DNA of 58,599 nucleotides, counting the filler, from Asterionella formosa (lineage: Eukaryota), in assembly GCA_002256025.1 (NCBI GenBank). It is 4 parts of 4 records of this genome, joined end to end, with 100 filler letters (N's around TTAATTAATTAA, not from the genome) between each part and the next. Parts side by side here need not be neighbours in the genome. Positions count along the whole stretch, not along the records: positions 44,042 to 58,599 come from NKIB01005921.1; 3 more parts are not named here. The stretch is one strand, 5' to 3'. Of this stretch, positions 48,937-58,453 are shown one piece after another. Each line of letters begins with the position of its first letter. The first letter of the stretch is position 1. The notes under the pieces were generated by a model, which made no database searches, was not told where the DNA came from, and was given only the letters and a program-made list of their open reading frames with translations. Position numbers and translations under genes: made by a program.

Positions 48937-50385
48937 ATGATTATGTTCGTCAAAATACTTCTTCCATTTGAACTCCCTTCTGAGTTGATCAACACTCTTT
49001 GCCACTACATAAGTCTCTACGGCGCTCAGATTTTGCTACTGGCGGTACTGATTGCAATAACTATCTATCGACGAGAACTGAGTGTGAATCATACCTACGT
49101 GGAGGAGGAAGGGGATCGGGGAAACGGAGACCGAAGCGGCGAAGCTCATCAGGAGGAACAATTCAATGCAGCGCTCGCGGATAACCTCCTTGAAGGAGCT
49201 GGTAACACATTTTCAGGTGAGCCTTTGATGGCGTTCTATTCTATTTGGGCGAGAATTGTGGCTCTTGCGGTGCACGAGGAAGCACTTGACTCTGTGGAAT
49301 TTTCAAAAAACGGTGCCTCGAATTGGGACGATTGCAGTGATCTTCTCGAGCAAGTTGGCAGCTTTTGCTCAGGGTCAGTTGTGAAGCACGTATTTCAAAA
49401 GAACGAACAAGAAGCGCTACCATATACACACAAACGAATAACCTGGGATGACTCTGAAGATCTATTCGAAGGTGCTGGAAACTTTTGTTCTGGATCAGTA
49501 TGGGCACACCTGTTCCTCAAGTCCCTACGGACATTTGCGATTTCGAAAGAAATTGACACGGAAGATGCCTTTACTCAAGGCCTTCCGCCTGATGTTCAGG
49601 TCCAAATATTATCTTTTCTCCATCCCAGAGATATTACTGTCTTTGCTTGTGTAAGCCAGTCCTGTCAGAACGTGATTGACAACGGCGAAACATCACCCGC
49701 CCTTTGGAGAAATATATGGAAACGGGACTACGCTTGGATTGTAGAATCATGGAATGTGGGGAAAGAGGCTCTCTTACGATCGTCATTGCCAGATAGCTTT
49801 CGTTTCAGCAAGGTCTTTTACTTCGAGTTTGGAATTTCATTCATGAATTATATTCTCGCCGGCCATAATACAGTAGCGAGCTGTCTGGTGGGAATCCATG
49901 GCAATATTTTCGATTTAACAGAATTTATGACCAGTCACCCTGGGTCGCCAGATACTCTCCTCGTCAACTCGGGACGAGACGCGACAAAATATTTTGAAGA
50001 CATGCGTCATTCCTTGGGTGCTCGACATCTCGCAAAAAAGTTGTGCATCTTGGTTGATCGCGCTTGCTTAGCAAATGAGTGCGGTTTGCACCCAACAAAA
50101 ATAACTTCCCTATTACCTGTCAAGGGCCTGGATGTACCGTTAACAGTTGAGAACAGTACGATCCCATTCCTGTTAAAATCACGTCGTCGGCCCTTTGCTC
50201 TCCAAACAATTCGTAGCAAGCTTGATGACGAGGAACGACAGCTCCTGAAGCTGGCGGATCGCAAGTATTTGGGCTGTGGGGAAGTTTTAAATGGTTTAAA
50301 TTTGTATTACGATCCCTTCAATCGTAAATGGAAAGGATGGTACACAAGCACCTCATTCAATACTGTGTTTTTGGATAATATCTAA
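48937..50385 (+). CDS. N-terminal TM + F-box + cytochrome b5-like heme-binding domain protein
   Basis: LPPDVQVQILSFLHPRDITVFACVS...LWR (F-box); CLVGIHGNIFDLTEFMTSHPGSPDTLLVNSGRDATKYFEDMRHS (b5, both axial His present). Confidence 0.88.
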   Translation: MIMFVKILLPFELPSELINTLCHYISLYGAQILLLAVLIAITIYRRELSVNHTYVEEEGDRGNGDRSGEAHQEEQFNAALADNLLEGAGNTFSGEPLMAFYSIWARIVALAVHEEALDSVEFSKNGASNWDDCSDLLEQVGSFCSGSVVKHVFQKNEQEALPYTHKRITWDDSEDLFEGAGNFCSGSVWAHLFLKSLRTFAISKEIDTEDAFTQGLPPDVQVQILSFLHPRDITVFACVSQSCQNVIDNGETSPALWRNIWKRDYAWIVESWNVGKEALLRSSLPDSFRFSKVFYFEFGISFMNYILAGHNTVASCLVGIHGNIFDLTEFMTSHPGSPDTLLVNSGRDATKYFEDMRHSLGARHLAKKLCILVDRACLANECGLHPTKITSLLPVKGLDVPLTVENSTIPFLLKSRRRPFALQTIRSKLDDEERQLLKLADRKYLGCGEVLNGLNLYYDPFNRKWKGWYTSTSFNTVFLDNI

Positions 50386-50419
50386 TGTACTAGCTTTTGT
50401 AGCTGCATCAACATTTTAC

Positions 50420-51004
50420 CTATTCTTCCTCTTCACCGAAGAGCGCGAAATTTCTTATGGTAAAGCTGCCAATTATCCTCCTGAATTCGTCACTAAAGCC
50501 ACTCTGTGCTTCACTTCGATCCGACAATTTACTCGACAAGGTGATAAGAAGGTCAGCATGAACACGGTGTAACCGTACAACACAAAGTTCAATGTTGACA
50601 AACTCAAAATTGAGTTCACGAGGATTTCCGGCGTGATCCGTGTCGGGGCCCTGGCTTACTTTCTGAATTCCGATGCCAGAGCTGATGGTGGAATCAGGAG
50701 GTGGATTATAAATCAAGTCTTCATCGAACAACGAGAAATCGCTTTCAGATGAACTGTTGCTTTCACACAAATCTTCAAAAAAGAAGCTAGCCAGATCTCC
50801 TTCGATTTCGTTACCGTGATCGAGGATCTCTATAATGACACACCGATCTTGACTGCTTGAAACATCTTGGTAGACCTCCTGATGATCAGGAACTTGTCTC
50901 AAGTCGCTGACATCCCTCCAGTTGGAAGGAATATCACATGTTATCGCTCCACCAAACAATTGACGTTCCGTCCAACTTATGTTGTTGCTGCTGTGAGTTT
51001 CCAT
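50420..51004 (-). CDS. MOG1: Ran guanine nucleotide release factor (Mog1)
   Basis: LFGGAI, DVSDLRQVPDHQEVY, IIEIL, RL...DLLITL, FTIRNFALFG. Confidence 0.93.
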   Translation of the reverse strand: METHSSNNISWTERQLFGGAITCDIPSNWRDVSDLRQVPDHQEVYQDVSSSQDRCVIIEILDHGNEIEGDLASFFFEDLCESNSSSESDFSLFDEDLIYNPPPDSTISSGIGIQKVSQGPDTDHAGNPRELNFEFVNIELCVVRLHRVHADLLITLSSKLSDRSEAQSGFSDEFRRIIGSFTIRNFALFGEEEE

Positions 51005-51426
51005 CGTTGTAAACTTTTTGTTTGCTTTTCTACTGCTACTCCTCCCTGTGATGCATTTTTACACAAACACGACGAAACACTATCGTATAGTATACACACG
51101 GGACCAATATTTACCTTATTGGGGTACGCGGGACAACTTCCGAAGTCAAATGACCTTATTGGGATTCCATTAAGATTTAGTCATAATTCATCCCCAATTC
51201 ATACACCAGTACAAAGTAGCACATGTAAACTACCCTCGAACAATTCACTCAAAAGTGTTATCAGAAGAACCAATCAAGCAGGAGCAGGCTACCGGTATAG
51301 AGTCAGAAGTAATATGATCGCAAGCCGAAAAGACTTCATTCGATACTACTTCTGAGCTGATCAGCATGAATGTCACTCCAAAAGACAAAGACAAGTAAGA
51401 AGAGCAGATGACAATGGTCTTGGAAA

Positions 51427-51742
51427 ATACAGTGTTCAGTAAGTGGCTGATGCTCTAGAGTTGTGGAGTGGAATTGGATTGGAAACAGATGAATATTCTA
51501 ATACATCCCCCCTCCCTTTGCAGTCTTGACATTGCCACTAAGTTCATCACTAGGGTGTTGAGAGCCATAGCAATGCTGCAGAGATATGTTCCCAAGGAAA
51601 GGTAGAGAGACGAAAATTGTTTTGGAGAATACTGTGTCCAGTACTAAGTGTCTGATTCTTCTTGAATTGTGGAATGGAATCACATGGGAAACTTGTATAA
51701 ACTAGATGAATAAACTAACACCCATTGCCTCCCTTTGCAGTC
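51427..51742 (+). repeat. Degenerate ~200-bp-period direct repeat
   Basis: AATAC.GTGT.CAGTA..AAGTG.CTGAT...TTGTGGA.TGGAAT...GATGAATA...CCTCCC(C)TTTGCAGTC at 51427-51525 and 51628-51742. Confidence 0.7.
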
Positions 51743-53252
51743 GTGTTTAATGCCTTTGGTGGACTACTCCAGAGAATTGGACTAACCAGTGTGACCAGTT
51801 CTGACAGAAGAGGCTCAAAGTGGAGCGACTTGTTGCAAGCAATGAAGCAAACCAGGTGAAAGATAAATTATTGCGACAAGGACAAGAAGAGCGATGAAGG
51901 GTGCTACAGTTCAAATAAGTCAAGTGGAGCGTATGAGGATGAAAAAATGGCGCTCAATGTTCTGAGCATAAAAGGATCTTGCAAGAATTGGAGAACACTT
52001 TAACCCTAGAAAAATTGTTTTCCATGATAACATGCATTGTTGGATTCCAATAAGGCCTTTAGGCCTCGAATGGGGTATGTTGTACATCATTGGAAGAAAA
52101 ATTGCGCTGAATTAATCGCAACCCTAATCCTAAAAATCACGAATGATTATGACTAATAATTGGAATTGCAAGGTTGGTAAATATCAATCTCCGGAAATTT
52201 TTTCAAAATGATCCTCCAAGTAGGTCAAAAAACAAAAGAGTTCTAATATGGTAGATATTGGTCCCCTTTGTATGTATGTATTAGTACTGCAGCCCCTAAA
52301 AAATAATAACAATAATGAAATGAGGTTGATCCTCGTCCAGGACAAGATATACAGAATTCAAATGATGCATACTGGTAGTTCCTGTTCCAGGCATGATCAG
52401 GAATTCATTTTATGATTAGGTAGTAAACAGCCATGTATGTACATATCAAGTTACGGTAGTACCAGTTAAAAACTGTAAGCCACCATTATTTCATTTCATC
52501 TTCCGACTGAAAATATTTAAGTCATTTATCAATCAAAACCTGATGAAAGTACAAAGAGTATGTTAGACAATGCACTCTACTCATCAAATAAGTAATCAAT
52601 TTTGATTCAGTGTAAAGAGCCATGAAGATCTAATTTTTTCAAAGTCATTAAGATTGTTGCTTAGCAGTCGTGGTATTTTTCTATCCATACATGATTATAT
52701 TTTTTTCCAAACTGTAATTATCTTTACTCCTTTTGTACTACAGAAAATCTTTTTGTATTACTTCACCTGTTAGGTCACAATACAGTATGCTTTTCGCACT
52801 TGCATCATCACCAAATGCTTCTGATACATAGTGTTTTCAAAAGCATAATGACCTCGGACCCCCAATTACTTTTACTAAATTAATTCTAATTATTCTTGTA
52901 CATGTATAGAAAAGGCAATGCCAGCTCAATAAAGTAAATGTGAAAATTTCCATCTTTTGTAATTTCATGTCAACTGCAGCCTTTGGGCTGTATTAAGTAT
53001 TTAATATTTTACACAATGCAACAATACAAGGACATGAGTATTTACTTGCTATATAAATCTGAAGAATTCCTTCATGACAATAATTAACGTTTCTTGCAAA
53101 CTAAGTTCAAACCGTGCGTTTACTCCATTTAGCAGTGGCTTACAGTTCAAAAGTTGTCATAGCGGTGGCTTACAGTCTTTAACTGGTACCAGGTATTATA
53201 AATATGTTGATTTCCTTTGACTTTAAAGTGTGTCAAAAGCAAAGTTGACATG

Positions 53253-54322
53253 CTAGTCCTCAAAGATGGCTCTTTTAGCAAATGCTGGAAGAACAAAAGA
53301 TGCTGTGTGAAGCTCTGAGGTGTAATACCGCAATTCCTTTAGTACCTCGTCTTCTGGCATGCGAGCAGGTGTCGAAAAAGCCCTGTTTCCCTTTGTTGCA
53401 ACAATGAAACCAATTTGACCACTGGGATAGGTTGGAATGGAAGTGTATGCATATCCCACATTGGTATATGTTTGCGAAATTGACTTGATCAGGGGTCGGA
53501 TCAAGTGAACATGCAACCACATGCACTGCAAATAACATTGGGGGAATTTGAATGATTGTAGGATTTCAGTTAATTCGAGGCTCAAGGAAATGTCACCCAC
53601 CAGCCCCGTACTACTACGTACCTCTCCCTGTGTACAAACGATACCGCCATCTCTGAGACTAGAATGCATGGCATTGTAGAAAGGTGTCTCGAACAACACC
53701 GAAGCAGGACCAACAGGATCTGACGAATCAGTAATAATCACATCGAACGAATCCTTGTTGGCGTCCATAAACTTGGATCCGTCCATGATATGAACCGTGA
53801 CTCTCGGATCGTCATATCCCTTGGCAAGAGAAGGTAAATATTTCTTGGAAGCATCAATCACATCCTTGTCAATCTCACAAATGACAATTTCCTCCACTGA
53901 GGGATGCTTGGCGACCTCACGCAAGACGCCTCCATCGCCGCCACCAATAACAAGTACGCGCTTTGGGTCTGGGTGGGCGTAGAGAGGAATGTGCGCCAGC
54001 ATTTCCTGATATGAGAATTCGTCCCGCTCTGTCACTTGGATAACTCCATCCAATACGAGTACGTTGCCATGATTGGCTGATTCAAAGACGAGGACGTCTT
54101 GGTAAAGAGATCGATGATGGTCAAGGACCTTGTTTACCTTAAGAGACATAGCCTGACCTGGCCACAACTCGCCACGTTCGTGAAACCAACCATCAATGAT
54201 GAGGTCCATTCCACTGCATGATAATTTAGTTGATATTTTCAAGGATGTACTAAGATCTCGTGAAGGCAAAATGTATGAAATATCGTTACTTACTTCAACC
54301 CTGGAGGGAAATCGTCGGCCAT
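53253..54322 (-). CDS. SPDS: Spermidine synthase, 3 exons (54322-54294, 54213-53622, 53525-53253); possible upstream in-frame ATG at 54499
   Basis: GWFHE, WPGQAMSLKV, LDGVIQ, VLVIGGGDGG, DSSDP, IPTYPSGQIGF. Removing introns 54214-54293 and 53526-53621 restores QGE/CMWLH. Confidence 0.95.
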
Positions 54323-55062
54323 TTCCTCCTTATTTGCAGCTACAGTTTCTGAATCACTGTCGCTCGATCCGTTTCTTATTGACCAAAATCGAAGTGATTT
54401 GTGGTTTTCTCGTCTTGAGAGAATTGACTTGGATGTCAAGAAAGGCGTGAGTTTACTAAACCACAAAACTACTCCCCATCCAGCATGCGGAAAATGCATT
54501 CCTGCGGTCAGCAAATAAAAATTAGAAGGGTTATTTGAGCCGATTTGTCAGTCTACCGGGTATATCTTATTTTATATGCAGCTACATTTCATGTTTTAAT
54601 TACGAGGTATCACATATATATCATAAATTCGTAAGAATATGCAAAGCATACATAAGATATGGCTGCACGTTTTCTGCGCACCTTTTCAGTTTCGACTCCC
54701 TCCCTCCTGCCGGGCGAGATTAGCTGGCTTTCAATTCCTAACTTCCATACGTAATATACTTTGCAATGATAACCTTACGTCTACATAGTGCTGGCAATGC
54801 TGCTAGCAGGCTTACTTCCTGCACATGAAATGTCCGGAATCCGATCGATGTCGTACATACATATCGCATCAGTCGAAATTACTTACACATGTCTAATTAT
54901 TACCAGTATACTGGAATATTTGCTTGCTCAAGTGACAGTCGCCTATATATGTTGTGTATGGTTGGTTCGTTCCTATGTTACCGCCAGTATTTGATTGTTT
55001 TCATCATCTCTCTCTCTTGCCTTTGTTGAGTGCACATAACTGGCATTGATAACCACAAGGAC

Positions 55063-56316
55063 ATGGTTTCTATTTCATTCATCTTCCTGTTGGGCTCATA
55101 CCTCATGGGTTTCTCCTTCTTTACTTATTTCTGCATAATTGCTGATCCAGATGAAAGTAGGCTGGCTCACTTGTTTACCGTCAAGATTCCAGAACAACTA
55201 TCGTCGCAGCTCACCAAGATGGTCGGGCCCGAGGTTACCAATTACATCAGTGACGCTTTCGAATACACGCTAGTATTTTTCTACCTTATCGTTGTCGGTG
55301 GTAGCTGGGCCATCATTTTTACGATTGTCTATCCATGGATCGATGCAAGTTCGAATGTATCCAATTATCACAAGTACCTGGGAGTTTTTGTGTTTGCATT
55401 GTGCTTTCAGTCGTGGCGGTTTGCTTCCGGAAAGTCTCCTGGAATCATCACAGCGCATACAATTCCCAAGTACGACAACTACCCGTATGACAATGTATTT
55501 TATGTGGAGGGTAAAATCTGTCCAACTGTTGGTATTCCAAAGCTGCCGAGAAGCAAGTTTGATCGATACAGTGGAGTTCACATAGCCCGGTTTGATCACT
55601 TTTGTGGATGGCTACACAACCCTATCGGAGAAGAAAACTATAGATGGTTCCTCTTGTTTTTAGCCATTCATTTTGGCATGTGCCTGTATGGATTTGTAAT
55701 CATTGCGTACTTATTTCTGGGAGAAATCAAAGAAAATAACCTCTGGCAAGTCACATTCTTTAATACCGCTACAAATACCGAGATCAAAGCCGACTACTGG
55801 ATCATCTTCCAGTTCCTTTTCCAGCGACACCAACTGATATCTAGCGCATTTGTGTTAATGGGTGCCATGGTCGTCACATTGGGACTCTTTTTGGCATATC
55901 ACTGCTGGATTGCGAGCAGAGGAATGACAACGAACGAAACTGTCAAGTGGTCTGAACTTAAGAAATGGCACAAGCAGGAAACAAAGCGTTTCAAGGAAGC
56001 AGTAAAGGCAGGAATTGTGACACCAGATGGAGAAATCATAAACAAGCCTCAAATCATCGATGGCGATGTGACGTGCAGTGGCGGAACAACGTCAAGTAAA
56101 GCCGAGAAGAAGGAAAAGGAACAACCAATCATGAATCCTGGGCCAATGCCAATGAATATCTATAATTTTGGATTAGTTACAAATTGGATGGACATTTTAT
56201 ATCCAAGATCACTGAGGCAGTCTTCCTTGCAGCGATATCGGCTTTCTCAGCAAGGGAGGACAGAAGCGCAAGATTCGATATCAGTAACGGCATTGACAAA
56301 GCCAAAAACAAGTTAG
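55063..56316 (+). CDS. DHHC-family palmitoyltransferase (Swf1/ZDHHC4-like) with DHFC variant
   Basis: Multiple TM helices, SPG, RSK, RFDHFCGW, IGEENYRWF, TTNE, NIYNFG...NW. Confidence 0.9.
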   Translation: MVSISFIFLLGSYLMGFSFFTYFCIIADPDESRLAHLFTVKIPEQLSSQLTKMVGPEVTNYISDAFEYTLVFFYLIVVGGSWAIIFTIVYPWIDASSNVSNYHKYLGVFVFALCFQSWRFASGKSPGIITAHTIPKYDNYPYDNVFYVEGKICPTVGIPKLPRSKFDRYSGVHIARFDHFCGWLHNPIGEENYRWFLLFLAIHFGMCLYGFVIIAYLFLGEIKENNLWQVTFFNTATNTEIKADYWIIFQFLFQRHQLISSAFVLMGAMVVTLGLFLAYHCWIASRGMTTNETVKWSELKKWHKQETKRFKEAVKAGIVTPDGEIINKPQIIDGDVTCSGGTTSSKAEKKEKEQPIMNPGPMPMNIYNFGLVTNWMDILYPRSLRQSSLQRYRLSQQGRTEAQDSISVTALTKPKTS

Positions 56317-56368
56317 AAGCATCACAGTATGATTAGTTTTATGAGTTACTATGGTGTGATATAGTAAA

Positions 56369-58084
56369 CTATTGACAAGGACGGCGAAACAGATTAAACT
56401 CGAAGGCTGTTCCACCCAATGAGCCAGATTCTGGACGAGCTAGACTAAGTCGCCCACCCATCCTTTGCAATAATGCAAGACTAATGTCAAGGCCTATGCC
56501 TGTTCCCTGAACGATGCTTGTCGATGCACTTCGAAAACCGCGTTGAAAGATTGCCTCTTCGTCGTCTTTCGGTACTCCTGGTCCGTTATCTTCGATTCGG
56601 ATTGATACTCCCGGTGGATTTTCCATGGCACGAAAATGCACTCTGACTTGAGGAGAAGGGTTGCTGGCAAATGGGGATCCAGATTTAGGAAGAGTAACGT
56701 ACTTGAGGGCGTTGTCTAGTACGTTCGAAACTGCTTCTTGTAGTGATCTGGGGCAAACCATAACGCCCGGCAATTCGTCAACATCTTCAATTACCTGAAA
56801 GCCAATACGTCGTTCCGATGCTATAGCTTCATATCCAGAAATAATTGGATCCAAAACGTCTCTGATAAAAGCCATCTCCATATGAATGTCTCCCACCAAA
56901 GTTGGTTGTGGAGGTAAGGGCGGTGATGCGAAATAGTATTCACCAAGCGCTGAAACAACCGGAGTTAGGAAATTTTCGAGATGGAAATCAACGGTATCCA
57001 ATACCGTTTCATTTCGCGAGAATTCGAAGTAACTTCGTGTTGGAGGCTGCCAAGGAGTTAATGCCATATTTTCTGATATTTTAGGCTGCTGATATGGGCT
57101 GAGTGCCAAAGGTTTACGCTCAAGTGTGTTGACGATAGAGTCCATGGGGGTCATAAGGTCAATGACTCGGTCGCTCTGCTCCATGAGGTGCTCGGCTAAT
57201 GCAAGTAACTGCGGAATTTGACCTAAGCGAACTTCATTCATGTCAACATCCGCAATCTTGCGTTGAAGTAGTTTTCCATATGTCCGAAGGGCCTGCAAAG
57301 GATTCTTGACTTGGTGCAAGCTATCTGACAAGGCGTCCCGGAACTTATCTGTTTGCACCTGAAGCGCTTTTCGCTCAATGTCCATGGAGAGTGCTAATGA
57401 CAGGCTCTGAGCTGCCCTTGAGACTTGTTCTTTTTCTCTCTCGGTCCACGTCGTTCCTCCTCGAGGCCACACTAACAGGACACCGACTGTTTGAGCTCCC
57501 GAAAACAGAGGAACGGACAAGGCCGATGCTCTGGTCCGAGGGTCGCACATGACTTCTTCTGGTTTTCCGACTCCTGCTTCTGCGGATGTGACCATTGGAT
57601 ATCTCGGAATTAGCGACGTGGCGTGCGCAAATCCAGGCAGCGTGGTAAGTGTCTGGGGAACGGTTGGGGCAATCCCTGCATCCGCATCTGATGCTATGAA
57701 CACACGCTCAGTCGATGGATGAGGATATAGAACACCGGGAAGGAACTCTAGCTGTCCTGTCTTGGTGTTTTCTTGGGGCAGATACAGAGCCATCGACTTG
57801 ATTTTGCTGTCGAACGATTCCGTCGATGCGATAGAATGCGCCAAAAGTTCCATTTGGGATTCTGCGAGCGACACGAATAGTTGCGACGGCATCTTTGGAA
57901 AAGGATACTGAGAAGCTGGTATTTCATTTAATTCTTTCTCAAAAGGGTGATGAAGTTCATCCAGTCGCATTGCACACAACGAGGGGACGCGGAACGATAG
58001 CTGAGACCTAGACAAGAATGTGAATGTTTGTTGGAAAGCAAACGCACTTGCCGGTAAAAGCCATAATAGCATCATAAATAGCAT
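56369..58084 (-). CDS. CSK: Chloroplast sensor kinase (Hik2-like; GAF-like + HisKA + HATPase)
   Basis: MLFMMLLWLLPASAFAF bipartite signal; H box LHQVKNPLQALRTYGKLL; NVLDNALKY, DNGPG, IFQRGFR, GTGIGL. Confidence 0.88.
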   Translation of the reverse strand: MLFMMLLWLLPASAFAFQQTFTFLSRSQLSFRVPSLCAMRLDELHHPFEKELNEIPASQYPFPKMPSQLFVSLAESQMELLAHSIASTESFDSKIKSMALYLPQENTKTGQLEFLPGVLYPHPSTERVFIASDADAGIAPTVPQTLTTLPGFAHATSLIPRYPMVTSAEAGVGKPEEVMCDPRTRASALSVPLFSGAQTVGVLLVWPRGGTTWTEREKEQVSRAAQSLSLALSMDIERKALQVQTDKFRDALSDSLHQVKNPLQALRTYGKLLQRKIADVDMNEVRLGQIPQLLALAEHLMEQSDRVIDLMTPMDSIVNTLERKPLALSPYQQPKISENMALTPWQPPTRSYFEFSRNETVLDTVDFHLENFLTPVVSALGEYYFASPPLPPQPTLVGDIHMEMAFIRDVLDPIISGYEAIASERRIGFQVIEDVDELPGVMVCPRSLQEAVSNVLDNALKYVTLPKSGSPFASNPSPQVRVHFRAMENPPGVSIRIEDNGPGVPKDDEEAIFQRGFRSASTSIVQGTGIGLDISLALLQRMGGRLSLARPESGSLGGTAFEFNLFRRPCQ

Positions 58085-58267
58085 CTTTTCAGGAGCTATT
58101 GCTCCTCCTCCCCATTCCCTTGTTCCCGTGGTACCATGTCTCATTCCTACAACCACAGTTGTTGATGGGATCGAGAATATGCTGTTATGTTATGCATGTG
58201 ATTCTCATCTCGATTTCTTTTTCCCTAGATGGCTCATCTTTTCGTTGCTTGCTACGTACTAATTAAG

Positions 58268-58453
58268 TACTGAAGGTAAGACACGACCGAGGGTGGAGAC
58301 TGCCTGCGAGTATTCTTGTGTTCGAGGCTTGGGAGGCGCGACTACCGTAGGTTGACCTTCTCGCAGGGCCGGCTGCGAGGGCCTCCCAAGCCGACTACCG
58401 GTAGACAAGATTACGAGAAGGCAGACTCCTCCCGAGTAGGGTCTCAACTAGTA
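58268..58453 (+). ncRNA. Candidate structured RNA (branched rod); family not recognised, strand tentative
   Basis: Nested helices 58295-58305/58419-58429, 58310-58319/58405-58414, 58326-58337/58381-58392 (12/12) and 58360-58366/58373-58379; GC-rich island in AT-rich DNA. Confidence 0.55.
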
